Shown here: positions 1 to 11,083 of the stretch, piece after piece
Layout of the letters: the number at the start of each line of letters is the position of its first letter
How positions within the stretch are numbered: position 1 is the stretch's first letter
NCBI GenBank assembly: GCA_964016885.1
Contig: OZ024747.1
Coordinates: 75,330,001 to 75,394,000, forward strand
Direction of reading: 5' to 3'
DNA from: Eledone cirrhosa
Taxonomy: Eukaryota
DNA length: 64,000 nucleotides
Program-made: the position numbers and the translations under genes
Notes under the pieces: generated by a model
The model's input: the letters and a program-made list of their open reading frames with translations, nothing else
The model's database searches: none
What the model was told of the DNA's origin: nothing

Positions 1-325
1 AGTGAAGGAAGAAAAGAATTAATAAAATGTCGATAATTATTATTTCAAAGGAATTCCATGTTTTTCTAATTTATTTACGTATTTATTTATTTTTGTAAAA
101 TTGAAAAACCCCGAATCATGAAATATTTATAAGAAGTATTAGGGGACAAAATGGTGTTGGTTAAAACAAAACAATAATGGTATAATACAGTCTGCTGGCT
201 TTTAAAAGAAAGATTGTTGTGAACCTAACATAACATTCTTCATTAATATATACATTTGGATAATTTATTCAATAAAGTAGATCAATCAAAATGTTTTTTG
301 TTGCAGTTGTCCAGTATTTGAACTA

Positions 326-492
326 CAGGGTGACTCATAAGTAACTCGGCAGTCCAACATTTATATTCCAAATGATAATATTTACTAAAAATATGGCTAT
401 GGCTGGTCACACACAAATAAGTGGATGTTCAAAGTTATCTGTGAAGTTTGTAATAAAAATACATTGACTCGCCTGTTACTTATGACTCACCT
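326..492. mobile_element. Small Tc1/mariner-like MITE
   Basis: TA followed by CAGGGTGACTCATAAGTAAC (326-345), with an imperfect inverted copy GTTACTTATGACTCACCT (475-492) followed by TA-rich sequence; no coding capacity. Confidence 0.55.
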
Positions 493-565
493 ATATATCT
501 AAAAAAAAACTCACGGGGGGAAATGCAGGTCTTTACTTACAGAAACTTTATTTATATTTTTGCAG

Positions 566-767
566 GGATATAAAATCTTCTATACTTTGAATCCAGATCT
601 CCCTATTATTCTCTGGGACCACAAGACCCACAACAATGGCCAGAATAAAGTGGACACGCTTGTAAACTTGAAAACAAACAGCACATATACTATAAATATA
701 TTAGCCTTTTCTAGTGCTGGTGAAGGCCCACTTTCAGAAGAAATTCAAGTAATGACAAATCCTGGAG
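566..767 (+). CDS. Lar: LAR-family RPTP exon, C-terminal half of FN3 repeat 2
   Basis: tttttgcag|GGA acceptor and GAG|gtaatg donor; phase 0 to 1; 202 nt. Translates GYKIFYTLNPDLPIILWDHKT...YTINILAFSSAGEGPLSEEIQVMTNPG, matching the FN2 pattern of Lar/PTPRF (GYxVYYT...W...AFT..G.GP.S...QV). Confidence 0.93.
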
Positions 768-1918
768 GTAATGCAGTCTTTGTCACCCAGTCCACCCCGT
801 TGCTAATTTTTGATGTCTCTTTTTAAAAAAAATAAAATATTTTTTTTATCAACATGCATGTTTCAACACAAAGACAACGAAGATCTACAAATTTCCCCCA
901 CCGAAAATATTCTTACCTTACCATTAATTACGATATTAAAAGAATTTAAGGATTCACTTGACAAAATGAAATAATTTTTGTGTCTGCAGATGATTGCAGA
1001 TTATATATACTCTGTCTCTGTCTTACTCTAAGAAGAGGCAATAATTTACACACAAATATATCAACTACAGTATAAATATTTCAATACACAATTGAATAAA
1101 TACAGGAATACTTCTTTTTCACTTAGAAGATAAATTCAGGTCAGTATTCAGATTCTGAATATCACCATAAATAGACCATATATTGTATCCTTTATTTGAT
1201 AATTCTATACAGATTTGATATTTACTGATTAATACAGTTTAGCCTATCTATGCTTTCATAGCATTAATTTTGAAAGAGAAACTTCAGAGCCCTATCCCCA
1301 TATCATTGAGGCGTGTAGGGTCATTACTCCCCCCAAAATAGTTTGCATAAATAAGCAGATTCCAAGAATATATTAGCCTCAGCCAAACAACACCACAACA
1401 ATACCATCATCATAGCCTGTCTTCATTGGCATGTTTCATCTGACATGTTCCTTACATATTGTAGCATTGCATGTAATTTGGGCTAAATGTTTTTGGAAAT
1501 TTTGGGCTGGAGATCCTATCTCCCTGAACACGTTTGGTAATCTTTAGTAGTTGAGCTAAATGGGTGTGTTGTCTTGTGCCTGCTTGCACCAAACTTCTAA
1601 ACATGTATGTATATGTCTAGTGTAATTCTGGTTTTTGGGATGTGAATGTCATTGGATATCGTGTGGACGACAAGTCCAATTGTCCGAGTTGTTACTTGCG
1701 GACACTTAGATGCATTTGCTCGTTATTATTACCTTTAAAAAAGAAAACAAAAAAGGTTGCATTTGTTGCATTTTTCTTTTACTTTCTAATATAAAATGGG
1801 GGGTGGGGGTGAAAATAAGGGGCAGTTTTGCTGAAACAATTTTTCTCAGAAATTAACATCCTTGGGGGAAAAAAGGGAAATGAAAAGAAATGTTAACTCA
1901 AAAAATATAACAATTAAA

Positions 1919-1959
<41 letters not shown>

Positions 1960-3182
1960 TGTGTATATATATATATATATGTATATGCATATAATATGTA
2001 TATATATATAATGTATATATATATGTGTATATGTATATATATATATATTACTAATGCATGTGAAAATAAAACAAATAGTTACATTTCTTTTCATTTCCTT
2101 CTTTTTCAATTAGCTAACCAAAATTAATAAAAATTACTAAAACTTTTTTTTCATTAATACTAATATCAAAAAATAAAATCTCAAAATTAAAATGACTGGT
2201 GTATGATGATTTATCATACAAGCTGAATATAAACAGTAGAATATAACTTTATTAAGAATAAAACAAGAAAACTAATTTTTTTTTGTTCCATAAACGATTT
2301 AGAAATTATTTTATAATCAGTATTTATCAGTATTACTTCAAAATTCAAAATTCTAGTTAGTTTTCATGGAATATTCAAAGAAATTGTTTCAGCCTTACTA
2401 AAAAAAAAAAAAGAAAAGAAGAGAAAAGAGAAAAAAAAAAAAACTGCGATCCTACTAAATAAATTGGTCAAGATTTAGTCAGATAATTTTGGTCAACAGA
2501 TCCATTTAGTACCATCAAAAACAATGTATCTCTGAAACCTGCATCAAAAATATTACTATTATTATTAGTACCATCAAAAACAATGTGTCTCTGAAACCTG
2601 CATAAAATAATTACCATTATTATTATCATTATCATTATTATTTATTTATTTATTTGCACACAGTGATGATCTTATTAACACTGGATCATTTGACTCCCTA
2701 TCAAGTTATTGTAAACTGAGACAGTACTTTCCACAGGATATTTTATCATCATCATTATTATTATTATTAGTTTCTGTATGTATGTGTTAAGTGCTGAGCA
2801 ACACCTGTGTGCGTGTATGTCTGTCTATAAAATTTACTGTAGGTAAAAAAAAAAAAGATAAAATTATAAAATTAAAAGAAAAATAAATAGTTTCTTACTT
2901 AAACATTTTATTTTGTTAAACCATAAAATTAATTTTGTTTTGCCTATTTATTTATTCATTTATTTTGCTTTATTTCTTCAAATTTTTCATGCTGCAAAAA
3001 GTATCGCTATCATACAAAAAGGATTCTACTATATACACACCAATGCTACTAACATTAGACCACTGAATCTATTTTCTTAACTGCAGGGTGTATAATTTTC
3101 CAGAACTTGGTTCAGTATTTCAGCCTTCAACATTGCTTTCTACCAGATTCTTAATTCAATGTCTTTGCACAAAAATATGGAC

Positions 3183-3226
<44 letters not shown>

Positions 3227-3339
3227 TAAAATAACAGATTAAAGTTTAAGCAAAGAATCGCTGCTTATTGAGCCCTCTTTGGATTTTAGTTTTCAAATTT
3301 ATTATTATTATTACTATATATATATATATATATATGTAT

Positions 3340-3500
3340 CATCATCATCATCATCATTTTACGTCCGCTTTTCCCTGCTTGCAAGGGTGGGACGGGAACT
3401 GATTCTGGCTTGATTTCTACACCTGGATGCCCTTCCTAACACCACACCAACCTCATTTACAGTGTGTGCTAGGTGCTTTTTTGCCGTGGCACCTCCACGA
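3340..3500 (-). mobile_element. SINE/RTE-type 3' end fragment with (GAT)n tail
   Basis: (CAT)n followed by tttacgtccgcttttccctgcttgcaagggtgggacgg. Related copies near 4368-4525, 5440-5715, 18595-18655, 37283-37415 and 52020-52340. Confidence 0.65.
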
Positions 3501-3539
3501 CCACTATACAGTGGAATGATATGGACCCCAGTCCCTATC

Positions 3540-3676
3540 ATCTCATTTCTACAGCTGAGTAAACTGGAGCAATGTGAAATAAAGTGTCTTGCTCAAGGAA
3601 ACAACACATCACCCAGTCTGAGAATTGAACTCACAATCTTTCGATTGCAAGGCCAATGCTCTAACCACTAAGCCAT
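3540..3676 (-). mobile_element. tRNA-derived SINE (family B)
   Basis: The reverse complement reads tggcttagtggttagagc (A-box) ... gtgagttcaattc (B-box) ... ccttgagcaagacactttatttcac...cagctgtagaaatgag; same family as 35789-35935. Confidence 0.75.
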
Positions 3677-5912
3677 AAATATAACTTGCTGTATACTTTT
3701 CAAAGGATTATATTATGATGTGTGGTGGGCATGTGTAAATGTGTGTGTAATAAAAGTGGCCGTAAAGCTAAGCCAGTTACACTCGAGAGCCTGTATCAGA
3801 GATTAAGAATTTAAAAACTTTGTTGTTCCAATCAAACTGCAAATGATTCATAAGAAAATATGAGAAAACTGAGAGAGAGTGAGAGTAAGTAATTGCTCAG
3901 AGTATGTGTGTAACTGTATATAGAATCAGTTTCTGATTTCAAATCTGAAGCAAGTTCCAAATCTTGCTGCCATAGATATACTCAGTTTGAGTATCTATCT
4001 ACTGACACAGTGTGTGTGTGTGCTAATTACAAAATTGAGCCTATTGGCAGTGTTATTGGATGTGTGTCAGATTTTTAACTGTAAAGTCAAGGAGACACAA
4101 TTCAACGAAGGACTCAATCCATTTGAAATGCAAAGTGTATATACTTCTTTTTGCAATATTATACCTTGGAGTAAACAAAGACAAGATGTGAAGTTATATC
4201 AAAACAGCTTGCTTGCGAGGTGGTTGCTCTTAGGTAGGATATGTAGCCATAGAAACCATGCCAAATATGGAACATGGTCTCGGACTGACAACTAGTCCAA
4301 CAGTGCTGAAAGCCAGCATAAAATGATAATGATGAAAATTGTGTGTGTGTGTGTGTATATATATATATCATCATCATCATCATCATCAGGTTTAGCGTCC
4401 GTGTTCCACGCTTGCATGGGTTTGGACGGGGGTTTTCCCACTTGAGGCAAGAGTGGTTGTCTTGCTCGCATAGGACTGTCTGGCGGGTTTTCTACAGTTG
4501 GATGCCCTTCCTAACACCAACCACATTTACATATATATATATATGATATTTATAAAATAGATTTTAGGTGAACAGAGCAACAATCTTCAATGCCTACTAG
4601 CATAACCTGTTATCATGATGTAATGTTAGGGCTAACATTTTGCATGCTGGTGAATAACCAGCCTTCATGAAAACCTGGCTCAATGTAGTAAAAGAAAAAT
4701 ACTATTTCTAATAACTGTGAACTTCACAGACATATCAGGAGGCACCTGTTACAATACTGCTTTCTTGCTCTTATCTTGTAATTGAGCCGAGATGACATAA
4801 GCAGATTAAGTTCTGTAGCTGGCCATGATTTTAGGGATATGAAGACAGATTTCTTCCTTGTAAAAAATAAAATAAAATAAAATAAAATAAAATAAAATAA
4901 GAACTGCATGGACATTTCAGCATTTTTACAATGTATGAAAAGCATTCTACCAATATTTGTAATTCATCTTAATGATATTAACAGTATTGTCCTAATGATG
5001 AAAATAGGACCTTGATTCATTTTGGGAAATTCCTCCCATAGCACAAACATCACTGTATGCTACCTTATTCTTGCCTTTAACAATCATGCTTTGTTCAAGA
5101 AATCTTCCAAAATCTTCCAGTTCTCAGAGCTTCCAATCTTCATCTAAACATATTTCTCTAATGAGGTCCCGTTCCCAAATAAACTATTAATTAACTCATT
5201 TTAGTATGTCACTTACTTGAATGCATAGAATGACTATACACTAAACACAGGGATGGTACTATTAAGCTAGACATGGCATGTATATCTGTATGAAAGTGTG
5301 TGTGTGTGTTTATTCATCCGTGTATGTTGTAAGAAGTGACTACAAAAAGTAGATCTTGACAGGATTTGAACTCAGAATGCAGAGACCCAGAAAAAAATAA
5401 ACAATGTTTTACAGCCTCTCTGGTTTTGGTGATCTACACGTTAAACACACCCAGTACACACTGTAAAGTGGTTGGTGACAGGAAGGGCACCCAACCATAG
5501 AAAGCTTGCCAAACAGAGTTGTGAGGACCCTTCAGTTGTGTCAAAGACATGAGAACCTCTCCTGTGTACTTGGTAGAACCTGAGACCATATGTAAGGGAG
5601 ACAAAAGCTCCCTTACTTGTCTGGGAGATTAGTAACCCCACTCCAGTACTGAGTTGATCTATGTAGACCCATCCAACCCTTGCTAGCAGGGAAAAGGGAT
5701 GTTAAACCGTTGATGGAAATCATATATATATATATATATACACACACAAATATATGTGTGATCTTTATTTATGCAAATTTGGTTTGATTATCGTGTAAAT
5801 GATATTGTAATTAATTTCTAGGTGTAAATCATAATAGCAATAATGGTATGGTGGTAGTAGTGGTGGTAGTAGTAGTAGTGGTGTAGTAGTAATGATGGGA
5901 GTAGTAGTAGTG

Positions 5913-7935
5913 CAAAATATGCTTATAGTACCCTGAATAGTCATAACAACAAAATATGCTTATAGTACCCTGAATAGTCACAACAACAAAATATAATTAT
6001 AGTACTCTGAATAGTCACAACAACAAAATATACTTATAGTACTCTGAATAGTCACAACAACAAAATATACTTATAGTACTCTGAATAGTCACAACAACAA
6101 AATATACTTATAGTACTCTAAATAGTCACAACAACAAAATATGCTTATAGTACTCTGAATAGTCACAACAACAAAATATACTTATAGTACTCTGAATAGT
6201 CACAACAACAACAAAATATACTTATAGTACCCTGAATAGTCACAACAACAAAATATACTTATAGTACTCTGAATAGTCACAACAGCAAAATATACTTATA
6301 GTACCCTGAATAGTCACAACAACAAAATATACTTATAGTACTCTGAATAGTCACAACAACAAAATATGCTTATAGTACTCTGAATAGTCACAACAAAATA
6401 TGCTTATAGTACTCTGAATAGTCACAACAACAAAATATACTTATTGTACCCTGAATAGTCACAACAAAATATACTTATAGTACTCTGAATAGTCACAACA
6501 ACAAAATATACTTATAGTACCCTGAATAGTCACAACAACAAAATATACTTATAGTACTCTGAATAGTCACAACAACAAAATATACTTATAGTACTCTGAA
6601 TAGTCACAACAACAAAATATGCTTATAGTACCCTGAATAGTCACAACAACAAAATATACTTATAGTACCCTGAATAGTCACAACAACAAAATATACTTAT
6701 AGTACCCTGAATAGTCACAACAACAAAATATACTTATAGTACTCTGAATAGTCACAACAACAAAATATGCTTATAGTACTCTGAATAGTCACAACAACAA
6801 AATATACTTATAGTACTCTGAATAGTCACAACAACAAAATATACTTATAGTACTCTGAATAGTCACAACAACAAAATATGCTTATAGTACCCTGTATAGT
6901 CACAGCAACAAAATATGCTTATAGTACTCTGAATAGTCACAACAACAAAATATGCTTATAGTACTCTGAATAGTCACAACAACAAAATATACTTATAGTA
7001 CCCTGAATAGTCACAACAACAAAATATACTTATAGTACTCTGAATAGTCACAGCAACAAAATATACTTATAGTACCCTGAATAGTCACAACAACAAAATA
7101 TACTTATAGTACCCTGAATAGTCACAACAACAAAATATACTTATAGTACTCTGAATAGTCACAACAACAAAATATACTTATAGTACCCTGAATAGTCACA
7201 ACAACAAAATATACTTATAGTACCCTGAATAGTCACAACAACAAAATATACTTATAGTACCCTGAATAGTCACAACAACAAAATATACTTATAGTACTCT
7301 GAATAGTCACAACAACAAAATATACTTATAGTACTCTGAATAGTCACAACAACAACAAAATATACTTATAGTACTCTGAATAGTCACAACAACAAAATAT
7401 GCTTATAGTACTCTGAATAGTCACAACAACAAAATATACTTATAGTACTCTGAATAGTCACAACAACAAAATATACTTATAGTACTCTGAATAGTCACAA
7501 CAACAAAATATACTTATAGTACCCTGAATAGTCACAGCAACAAAATATACTTATAGTACTCTGAATAGTCACAACAACAAAATATGCTTATAGTACTCTG
7601 AATAGTCACAACAACAAAATATACTTATAGTACTCTGAATAGTCACAACAACAAAATATGCTTATAGTACTCTGAATAGTTACAACAACAAAATATGCTT
7701 ATAGTACTCTGAATAGTCTCAACAGCAAAATATACTTATAGTACTCTGAATAGTCACAACAACAAAATATACTTATAGTACCCTGAATAGTCATAACAAC
7801 AAAATATACTTATAGTACTCTGAATAGTCACAACAACAAAATATACTTATAGTACTCTGAATAGTCACAACAGCAAAATATACTTATAGTACTCTGAATA
7901 GTCACAACAACAAAATATACTTATAGTACCCTGTG
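5913..7935. repeat. 37-bp tandem minisatellite, about 54 copies
   Basis: Unit CAAAATATACTTATAGTACTCTGAATAGTCACAACAA repeated head-to-tail, with A/G and T/C dimorphisms and variable CAA count; degenerate longer units continue to about 8012. Confidence 0.97.
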
Positions 7936-8039
7936 ATATTCTATTTGGTGACGAAGGTCACAACAGCAAAATATACATACGGTACTCTATGATATTCTAT
8001 TGGGTGACCAAGTAAAGTTTATCTTCTATTATCATTATT

Positions 8040-8470
8040 GGTGGATTGGCAGTATTGGTAGAGGGTCGGACGCCATGCTTTGCAGCATAGAGTTACGGCA
8101 CTTTACGTCCTGAGTTCAAATCACGCCGATGTTAACTTTGTCTTTCATCCTTGCGGAGTCGATAAAATAAAGTACCAGTAATGCACTGGGGTAATTGCTG
8201 GCCTTGTGCCAAAAGTAGAAACAATTATTATTATAACTATTAGGGCATTAAATTCGCAGAATCAGTAGAGCATCCGACGCTATGCTTTGCAGCATAGAGT
8301 TACATCTCTTTATGTTCTGAATTCAAATCTCACTGAGGTTAGCTTTGCCTTTCATCCTTATGGGCTCAATAAAATAAAGTACCAATAATGCACTCTTGTC
8401 GATTTAAACAATTCACCCCTCCCCTAAAATTGTTGGCCTTCTGCCTAAATCAGAAAGCATCTTATTATAA
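8040..8470 (+). mobile_element. Two tandem tRNA-derived SINEs (family A, core resembling the Meta-domain SINEs)
   Basis: A-box-like tggcagtattggtagag, B-box gagttcaaatc, core ctttcatccttgcggagtcgataaaataaagtaccag and an (ATT)n tail. The domain name is from recall, not from a search. Confidence 0.8.
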
Positions 8471-9376
8471 CTATTTCATTATTGCCTGATACATCTTTAC
8501 ATATTTCATCTTCAGATCTTAAAGATACCAAAAGTTAGCATTTAATAAAATATTAATCTGTCTGTATGCCTGCATCACTCACACACATGAATTTAGTTTA
8601 TTGAACAACTTGTCTATCTATCTACCTATCTATTTATTTATATATCTGCCTATCTGTGTGTGTGTGTGTATATACACACACACACACACATACATACATA
8701 CGTCTACTAATGGATACTTTTATGTATGTTTTGGAATAAGAGCAGTTGGACATTTAACTGAATGAATGCTCAATGCATATGTCTTGCAGATTTGATTTGA
8801 TTTTAATTACCTTTTCCTTATTTAAAAAAAGAAATATTGAATTTTTAAAAAGCTTTATCATTAGAATATCATATAATTTTTCAAAAGTTTTATTATAAAA
8901 AAATAATTTCAATTAATTAATTCAATTAAATTTCAATTAATCCAAAAAGTTTATACGAAAAAAAAAAAATATTTTCAAAATTCTCAAGTTTATAAGCTCA
9001 TTAGTAATTCAGATTTTCATGCAACTACCTGATCCTTGTAGAGGGGTGATGTTTATATCAATAACAATAGAAAAAGATACAGATAATTACAAAGCAGTGA
9101 AAAATATTGTTTATTCAGATATTTGCGTTAATAAATATCGACTGAATTGATTGCAACCTGTATGGAATAATATTAATAGAGAGAGAGGAAAGCGCAAGCA
9201 TGTACTAGCTACATTTATGGCACTAATTGGATCTGTTTTATACCACCTTATCATTCTTGGCTCAATACACCTTATAAAACAATGCATTGGATTTCTTTTT
9301 TTTGCCTGCTGTAATTTTTTTATTATTATCGTTATTATTATTATTAATATATATATATATATATATAGATATACAT

Positions 9377-9412
<36 letters not shown>

Positions 9413-9778
9413 ATATACATATATATGTGTATATGTATAATATATATGTGTATATATTATATATATATATGATATATATATTATATATATATATGATATA
9501 TATATTCATATATATATAATATATATATATATATTATATTATATATATTTATATATATATTATATATTTATATATATTATATATATATTATATATATAAT
9601 ATATATATATATTATATATATAATATATATATATAATATATATATATATTATATATATATCTTATTTATTTAATTTTTTTTAATTATTGATTTCTGCCTA
9701 TGGATTTGTTGTTTATGTGCGGGATGTTCAAACACTTGCATCATTTCGTATTGCTGAAATCTCTTGTGTGTGTTTCAG

Positions 9779-9811
9779 TTCCCGTGAATAATAAACCCGT
9801 TATATTTGGTC
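9779..9811 (+). CDS. Lar: Candidate 33-nt alternative mini-exon of Lar (VPVNNKPVIFG)
   Basis: tgtttcag|TTCCCGTGAATAATAAACCCGTTATATTTGGTC|gtaagt; consensus donor; phase 1-1 matches the host intron; open frame. Confidence 0.7.
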
Positions 9812-9908
9812 GTAAGTAGTTCTGAAAAGTATGGCATTTATAATACTTATTATTATTATCATTATTAATAATATATTACCATCATATAACCTCCATGTCT
9901 TTATACAG

Positions 9909-9920
9909 TGCTCCTATATG
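9909..9920 (+). CDS. Lar: Weak candidate 12-nt microexon (xLLY)
   Basis: ctttatacag|TGCTCCTATATG|gtgcat; frame-preserving phase 1-1, but the donor is weak. Confidence 0.25.
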
Positions 9921-10094
9921 GTGCATGTTGCTGCATATTTTTTAAAATATTTTTAGTAGCCTGAAGTCCTGTAGATTGTGACTTTCAAATATCTTCCGAC
10001 AGTTTTGAACTGGCCTTTTGTTTTTTTGCATCAGTTATTACTTGTATCAATTTTGTCTAGCGTACGTACATGTAACAAAAAAAAAAAAAAAATT

Positions 10095-10227
10095 TTGCGC
10101 TGCCGCTACTACTGCGAAGATGCCAGCATGCTTGCCCTTTGCTTTGATCTGCTGCCTGCTGCTGCTGCTGCTGCTGCTGCCGACGCGTTGCACTGCGCGA
10201 TCGTTACAAATCAGTTTCTTTCTGCAG
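10095..10227 (+). promoter_or_regulatory. GC/CpG-rich, YGCY- and (CUG)n-rich intronic element upstream of the 42-nt candidate exon
   Basis: Abrupt GC-rich island in an AT-rich intron with a (CTG)n run at about 10149-10180; complementary to 24506-24559. Confidence 0.5.
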
Positions 10228-10269
10228 CGATGGATGGACTGAATTTTACCATACATCCTGATATTGCAC
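10228..10269 (+). CDS. Lar: Candidate 42-nt alternative mini-exon of Lar ([14 protein letters not shown])
   Basis: tttctttctgcag|CGATGGATGGACTGAATTTTACCATACATCCTGATATTGCAC|gtaatc; phase 1-1, open frame, protein-like composition, contains an N-F-T sequon. Confidence 0.6.
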
Positions 10270-10448
10270 GTAATCCAACTTGGGTTAACCAGTCCAGTCT
10301 TTGTCCATTGCCGTGTTTTTTTCCGAGTGATCCTCCTACTGTTTTCCTCCCTTTCTTTCCGATGGAACTATGCACATTTTATTTCAGTATTATCAGTAAA
10401 TGTTCGCGTACATGCATATAATATATATATATGTGTATATATATATAC

Positions 10449-10557
<109 letters not shown>

Positions 10558-11027
10558 CATGTTTCAAGGGAAGAACTGTTTTGTTTTGTTTCTCTTTTTT
10601 TTTACCTCCTCCTCCTTCACCAATTCTACCTATTAATGAATAAATTTATTTTTTAATTAAATCTAAGAAAATATTTTCTAATTTACAATAATTAAGGCCT
10701 CAGAAAATGTTAGCCAAAAAATTAGAGTAGCTCTCCTGTGCCTGAGATAACACACTCCACATAAATGTATATACACCAAAACATGCAGTCTTGAGTACTT
10801 ATGTACACACGTACACACAAATGTAAATATACGTGTGTATATATATATGCATAAGTGTATGTATATATATATATATATATGTATCAGTATGCATGTGTGT
10901 ATATATATATATATACATATATATATATGTATGCATCCATGTGTATATATATGTATATGTGTGTGTATATATATATATGTATGCATGTGTATATATATAT
11001 GTATATACGTATGCATGTGCATATATA

Positions 11028-11083
<56 letters not shown>

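Noticed and set aside
5913-7935. CRISPR-like array of 37-bp repeats
   Set aside because: The units are directly adjacent with no unique spacers, there are no cas genes and the context is a eukaryotic intron; it is a minisatellite.
8040-8130. tRNA genes suggested by A-box/B-box motifs (also at 35789 and 56165)
   Set aside because: No cloverleaf is evident; the motifs continue into a shared SINE body and tail and occur in multiple diverged copies.
8522-8530. AAGATACCA as a second selector for TGGTATCTT (24539-24547)
   Set aside because: An AT-rich 9-mer with no flanking extension is expected by chance in a 31-kb AT-rich intron.
10388-10395. atttcag|TATTATCA|gtaaat 8-nt microexon
   Set aside because: Not a multiple of 3 and no compensating partner exon was found; it would shift the frame.
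9978-10421. 147-aa ORF with a poly-Ala run
   Set aside because: It spans a poly-A run and the CTG repeat and has no recognisable domain; only the 10228-10269 part, bounded by splice sites, is kept as a candidate exon.
10880-11020. Cluster of TGCATG (Rbfox) motifs downstream of the 42-nt exon
   Set aside because: The motifs lie in an alternating purine-pyrimidine microsatellite where TGCATG arises easily by mutation, so enrichment cannot be claimed without a matched background.
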